Positions 27,707-32,000 of a stretch of DNA of 32,000 bases are shown here, one piece after another. Origin of the DNA: Nitrosospira multiformis ATCC 25196 (GTDB lineage Bacteria > Pseudomonadota > Gammaproteobacteria > Burkholderiales > Nitrosomonadaceae); contig NC_007614.1 in NCBI RefSeq assembly GCF_000196355.1, positions 2,160,001 to 2,192,000 of the forward strand. The letters are read 5' to 3'. Under the pieces are notes generated by a model. That model was not told the origin of the DNA, did not search any database, and saw nothing but the letters and a program-made list of their open reading frames with translations. The position numbers were made by a program, and so were the translations under genes. Within the stretch, counting starts at the first letter, position 1, and every line of letters begins with the position of its first letter.

Positions 27707-28753
27707 TCAATAGATTCCACCCCCCAGCTGAGACGAGACCAACACCCCGGTTTCAGCTGAAAGGTCATACCGGGTTGTGCCATTTCCCGGACTCGTCCAC
27801 TGGCCGAGATGGAATGATCCCGATCCCGAGAGTCTGTCTACCATGACATTGCGGAAAGTCAGAGGCTGGCCGCTTTGACAGACGGTTGGGGCAATTGTGG
27901 GCCTTAGAAAATATGCCGAGCCGACACCCAGGCGGATTGCAATGCCATTGTCAATCGCCAACGCGGTTTCGACATCCAGACCAATGCCTCGGGCGGATTC
28001 AACGCTCACCCATTGGTCCTGGATGGTACGGGCGAGAAAGGTGAGAAGGCGTCCCATCCGGTCGCGCGTGTCGAGATGCGCATCGGCAATTACCCCATTC
28101 AAGCCAGGCGCAGTCAGAAATTCTCGATCGAGAGTCATGCGACGGTTATAAGGATCGGCCAGCGCATCGTCAGAGTACACCGTGCCGTTCAACGCTACGA
28201 AGTCAAACTGACCCAGAACTGCAAGTCCCGCGCTGGTGCCCCCGATAGGTGCATTGCGACCAATCAGTTCATTAATCGCCGTTTCGAGCGCAGTTCCTTT
28301 CCAGAGATTAATGTAATCACTCTGGTCGCCGCCCGCGATAAACAAAATTTCCGCTTTTTTGATCCGATCGAGCACGAACGGATCGCTGGCGGCCTCACGC
28401 GTCTTTATGACCAGTGTCTCGATGGAATCTATACCGCCCATGTCGTAGACATACTGGTTGTAGCCGTCGGCTCCCCGTACACGGATCACCACAAAGTCGC
28501 CGCCTCCCGCCTTCTGGATCATCCACTTGAATGCAGCGTCCACATCGGGACCTCCGCCCATCAGGAGAGTTGATGGCGATGGTGGCCTTTGCGGCAGGAC
28601 AGCATCAACCGCGTTGCCCGTAAGGTAATATTCGTAGCCTTTGGGCTTGGGCTCTGCCAGAACCCCGAAGGTCATGAAGACCACCGCAGAGGCCAGGGCA
28701 AGGTGTGCAAAAAGCCGCGGGAAGGATTTATTGGCACAATCTCCGGTATCCAT
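27707..28753 (-). CDS. Secreted cyanophycinase-like protein (peptidase S51 superfamily)
   Basis: 348-aa ORF: signal peptide, GGGPDVDAAFKWMIQKAGGGDFVVIR, AEILFIAGGDQSDYINLW, nucleophile motif PIGGTSAGLAVLG. Confidence 0.88.
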   Translation of the reverse strand: MDTGDCANKSFPRLFAHLALASAVVFMTFGVLAEPKPKGYEYYLTGNAVDAVLPQRPPSPSTLLMGGGPDVDAAFKWMIQKAGGGDFVVIRVRGADGYNQYVYDMGGIDSIETLVIKTREAASDPFVLDRIKKAEILFIAGGDQSDYINLWKGTALETAINELIGRNAPIGGTSAGLAVLGQFDFVALNGTVYSDDALADPYNRRMTLDREFLTAPGLNGVIADAHLDTRDRMGRLLTFLARTIQDQWVSVESARGIGLDVETALAIDNGIAIRLGVGSAYFLRPTIAPTVCQSGQPLTFRNVMVDRLSGSGSFHLGQWTSPGNGTTRYDLSAETGVLVSSQLGGGIY

Positions 28754-29189
28754 TATCTCCCTCTAAAGAGAAGGATCGGGCTGAACAGGACCGATCACCT
28801 GTTTTGTTCGAGTAATGTCATTGGCGCCAAAATGCTTTCAAGCGAAAAGAAGATGAAAACAGGGTTTAATTCCGTCCCGGACAGAGTTCATAAAGGAGTA
28901 TAAACATGTTTATGTTAGCAGCTATTCAGCTCATACGCTGCCACAGGCAATGTGGAATACACAGGCGCAACTTCGCCAGGCCTCAATACGCTTGAACAAG
29001 GTACAATTGCAATCATGAGCAATTCAGCAAAATCTGAGCGATAAAAAGTGACATCACCAAATCTTACTGAATATGCATCAATCTCCACCATGAACTATCG
29101 TTTTTTTCAGGAACCGGTTATAGGAATCCATTCCTGATCGAAACTCTCCGATTTTTACTCAGCCGTATTGAAAAGTTAAGCATTAAAGA

Positions 29190-29720
29190 ATGCCGGAAAT
29201 CTCGATCGACCGGTCGAATCGTGCGCAAACAGCCCTTGTATATTTAATCATCCTCGCTGCACTCGCGCTGCTTGGAGGGGTACTGTTGTACTGGACACGC
29301 CTTTGGTTCATCCCCCACCCTCAGCCCAACTTCGAGTCAGGCACGCGTGCGGACGTGGAAGCGGCCGAAGATGTATCGGGTGTGAGTGACCTGTTCGGTA
29401 TTGCACAACGAGAACAATCCTCTATTGCTGTTCCTGTCGGACCTGAGGTCAGGCTGTTCGGGGTTGTCGCCGCTTCCCGGCACGGGCGGGGCTATGCGAT
29501 CCTGCAAGTGGATGGAAGAGAGACGCTTGCGGTGCGCGAAGGTGAAAACATCGCTCCCGGCCTCCAGCTGGCTGAGGTTCACGCCGAACATATTGTCCTG
29601 GAACGTGACGGAATGCGGGAAACACTTGTATTGCAGCGTCAGAATCCGCCTGCAGACCCTGCTCGTCCGGTGGAGACAGACCTGCCTGTCGAGCTTCACG
29701 CGCCGGTCATAACTGAGTGA
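29190..29720 (+). CDS. gspC: Short GspC-like type II secretion system protein
   Basis: Single N-terminal TM plus HR-like domain (SDLFGIA...VRLFGVVAASRHGRGYAILQVDGRETLAVREGENIAPGLQLAEVHAEHIVLERDG); immediately upstream of gspD. No C-terminal PDZ-size region. Confidence 0.8.
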   Translation: MPEISIDRSNRAQTALVYLIILAALALLGGVLLYWTRLWFIPHPQPNFESGTRADVEAAEDVSGVSDLFGIAQREQSSIAVPVGPEVRLFGVVAASRHGRGYAILQVDGRETLAVREGENIAPGLQLAEVHAEHIVLERDGMRETLVLQRQNPPADPARPVETDLPVELHAPVITE

Positions 29721-29753
29721 TGTCGTCATCTCATGGGCTACAGAGGTAAAATC

Positions 29754-32000
29754 GTGCGGCATCGCTCGCTATGTGCAGTTTTTTTATGGATGGCAGTGGC
29801 AGGCTGGGTTACCGAGGCTTGGGCCGTAAATCCCTCTGCCACCCTGCCCGTCGAGGAAATTGGCGTCCCGCCGAGCGTCCTGCCGGAAGCGGATTCCCTG
29901 CGCGCCAGTAAATCCAGGTCTTCTGCCGGTCAGGATCTCGTTACACTCAATTTCGTCAATGCCGATATTGAAGGGGTAGTGAAAGCAGTCAGCGAAATTA
30001 CCCGAAAAAATTTCATGCTCGACCCCCGCGTCAAGGGTACGATCAACATCGTTTCAGCCAAGCCAGTGCCGAGGTCGTCGGTCTACGAAGTATTCCTGTC
30101 GGCACTGCGATTGCATGGATATGCAGTCGTTGAGGATTACGGCATCATCAGGATCGTTCCGGAAAGTGATGCCAAGCTATACCAGGGCCCGACACTTGGT
30201 CCCACGAACAAGCGGCAGCTCGCGGGCGACCGTATCCAGACACAGGTATTCACGCTGCAGTACGAATCCGCGGTGCAGATGGTGCCGATCCTGCGTCCGC
30301 TGATCGCTCCAAACAACAGTATCACTGCAAATCCCAACAGTAACACCCTGGTTATTACAGACTACGCGAGCAATCTCCAACGCCTGGCGAAAATAATTGA
30401 TTCGGTGGATCAGCCAAGTGGAACCGAGCCTGTCTCGATACCCCTTCAGCACGCCTCGGCGATCGATGTCGCGCAAACCGTGAACCGGCTGTTTTCAGAA
30501 TCGACGCAGTCCCAGGCCGAGGGCGCCGCGGACCCCACCCAGCAGCGTTTCACAGTCGTCGCCGACGCCCGCTCGAATACCCTCCTTGCACGCTCCGGAA
30601 ACCGGGCAGCGCTTGCGCGTCTGCGCCAGCTGGTAACAGTGCTCGATTCTCCCACCAGCGCTGCCGGCAACATGCACGTCGTCTTTCTCAAGAATGCCGA
30701 TGCAGTCAGGCTTGCCGAAACCCTCAGGGCGATCTATCACAACATGGCGTCCCCGGTTTCCTCATCTTCGGGACTGAGCCAGGGCACCGGCACAGCTTTT
30801 GGAACATCTTCCCTGGGTACATCCACCGGCGGGGGGATGGGTGCCTCGTCAGGCACCTCAACAGGGGGGTCGATGGGCACTTCCATGCCCGGTTCCAGCC
30901 TTGGTGCGGGGACTGTTCCCGCTGCTTCCACCGTCACCCCGGCTCCGATGCAAACTGGCGCAACTTCCGCCACCCCCGGCATCATTCAGGCGGATGCAGC
31001 CACCAACTCGATCATTATTACTGCCCCGGATGCTATTTATAATAATTTGCGCGCGGTGGTGGAGAAGCTCGACGTGCGCCGCGTGCAGGTTTATATTGAA
31101 GCGCTGATTGCCGAAATCACTGCCGACAGAGCCGCGGAATTCGGCATCCAGTGGCAGAATCTGAGCAATGCCGCGCAAGGTGGCACCCAGGTTTTCGGTG
31201 GCACCAACTTCAATGCCGGCACTGCCGGAGGCGGCAGTATCATCTCCACCGCCCAGAATCCGATAGCGAATGCAGCCTCCGGTCTGACTATCGGCATCAT
31301 GAATGGCCTTGTCACGGCTATTCCCGGCATCGGCCCTGTTCTCAACATTCATACGCTCATCCGCGCGCTGGAAACGGATGCCAATGCCAACATTCTTTCC
31401 ACCCCCACCCTGCTGACACTGAATAACGAAGAAGCCAGGATCATCATCGGGCAGAACGTTCCGATTCCCACCGGCCAATTCATTCCGCCAGTAGGAGGCG
31501 CCGTTACCTCCCCGTTTCAAACCGTTTCACGCCAGGACGTGGGACTATCATTGAAGATCAAGCCCCTTATCTCGGAAGGCAATACTGTCCGTGTGCAGAT
31601 TTTTCAGGAAGTCTCGAGCGTCGTTCCTGGCACGGTCAACGCCACCAACGGGTTGATTACCAACAAACGCTCGATAGAATCGACAGTGCTGGTTGACGAC
31701 GGGCAGATTCTCGTGCTCGGCGGTCTGATGCAGGATTCGGTAAATGACTCGGTTGAAAGAATTCCACTGGTCGGGGCGATTCCGCTGTTCGGACAATTGT
31801 TCAGTTACAACAAGCGCTCACGCAACAAAACCAATCTGATGGTATTCCTGCGGCCGACGCTGATGCGCGCGGGCGACGCCGCCGATCCGCTTTCTGACGC
31901 ACAGTACGATCGGGTGCTGGGCGAACAGAAAAAAGTGAGACCCAAGTTTAATCTTGTGCTTCCGGATATGGAATCGCCTACTTTGCCGCCGCGTCAACCA
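29754..32000 (+). CDS. gspD: Type II secretion system secretin GspD (3'-truncated by the window edge)
   Basis: Not in the ORF track because it is open at the right edge; translated by hand: GTG start 29754 (RBS AGAGGT; alternative in-frame ATG 29733), VRHRSLCAVFLWMAVAGWVTEAWA..., N-domain VTLNFVNADIEGVVKAVSEITRKNFMLDPRVKGTINI, secretin core VPIPTGQFIPP...SIESTVLVDDGQILVLGGLMQD...IPLVGAIPLFGQLFSYNKRSRNKTNLMVFLRPTLMR. Confidence 0.95.
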   Translation, partial: MRHRSLCAVFLWMAVAGWVTEAWAVNPSATLPVEEIGVPPSVLPEADSLRASKSRSSAGQDLVTLNFVNADIEGVVKAVSEITRKNFMLDPRVKGTINIVSAKPVPRSSVYEVFLSALRLHGYAVVEDYGIIRIVPESDAKLYQGPTLGPTNKRQLAGDRIQTQVFTLQYESAVQMVPILRPLIAPNNSITANPNSNTLVITDYASNLQRLAKIIDSVDQPSGTEPVSIPLQHASAIDVAQTVNRLFSESTQSQAEGAADPTQQRFTVVADARSNTLLARSGNRAALARLRQLVTVLDSPTSAAGNMHVVFLKNADAVRLAETLRAIYHNMASPVSSSSGLSQGTGTAFGTSSLGTSTGGGMGASSGTSTGGSMGTSMPGSSLGAGTVPAASTVTPAPMQTGATSATPGIIQADAATNSIIITAPDAIYNNLRAVVEKLDVRRVQVYIEALIAEITADRAAEFGIQWQNLSNAAQGGTQVFGGTNFNAGTAGGGSIISTAQNPIANAASGLTIGIMNGLVTAIPGIGPVLNIHTLIRALETDANANILSTPTLLTLNNEEARIIIGQNVPIPTGQFIPPVGGAVTSPFQTVSRQDVGLSLKIKPLISEGNTVRVQIFQEVSSVVPGTVNATNGLITNKRSIESTVLVDDGQILVLGGLMQDSVNDSVERIPLVGAIPLFGQLFSYNKRSRNKTNLMVFLRPTLMRAGDAADPLSDAQYDRVLGEQKKVRPKFNLVLPDMESPTLPPRQP

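Noticed and set aside
28013-28573. 186-aa plus-strand ORF opposite the cyanophycinase-like gene
   Set aside because: Antisense to a coding region with a clear family signature; no recognisable domain.
30858-31520. 220-aa minus-strand ORF
   Set aside because: Antisense to gspD, which is missing from the ORF track only because it is open at the window edge.
1-32000. CRISPR arrays, transposases, integrases, toxin-antitoxin or known defence systems
   Set aside because: Looked for regularly spaced repeats and familiar motifs; the only large repeat is the subtilase gene pair. No defence or mobile-element genes recognised.

Overview
This window reads as a chromosomal segment from a Gram-negative bacterium, most likely a betaproteobacterium; a Nitrosospira-like ammonia oxidiser is my inference and is not proven. 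The left half (1-13.3 kb) holds ordinary genes: rmuC, a DUF488 protein, a TPR protein, an EI24/CysZ-like membrane protein, a DUF5675 protein, cysS, a TPR/NTF2-like protein overlapping an L,D-transpeptidase, two tandem cyclophilins, a PEP-CTERM protein and an M48 metallopeptidase. The right half is richer. It contains two subtilisin-like (S8) protease paralogs, near-identical at both ends and diverged in the catalytic domain, flanking two PEP-CTERM genes. It also contains most of a type II secretion system: gspG-H-I-J-K-L-M on the minus strand, and a gspC-like gene plus gspD (running off the window) on the plus strand. Between the two T2SS arms lie a secreted cupredoxin/seven-bladed beta-propeller fusion and a secreted cyanophycinase-like protein. 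The best finds are: (1) a candidate c-di-GMP-I (GEMM) riboswitch in the leader of only one subtilase paralog, with two mutually exclusive hairpins at its Shine-Dalgarno; (2) sigma-54 (-24/-12) promoters before both PEP-CTERM genes; (3) a cupredoxin-propeller protein with a repeated His at the start of most blades, resembling a domain-swapped N2O-reductase-like layout; (4) a dense unexplained hairpin cluster at 20.19-20.35 kb. No CRISPR array, transposase, tRNA or rRNA was recognised.
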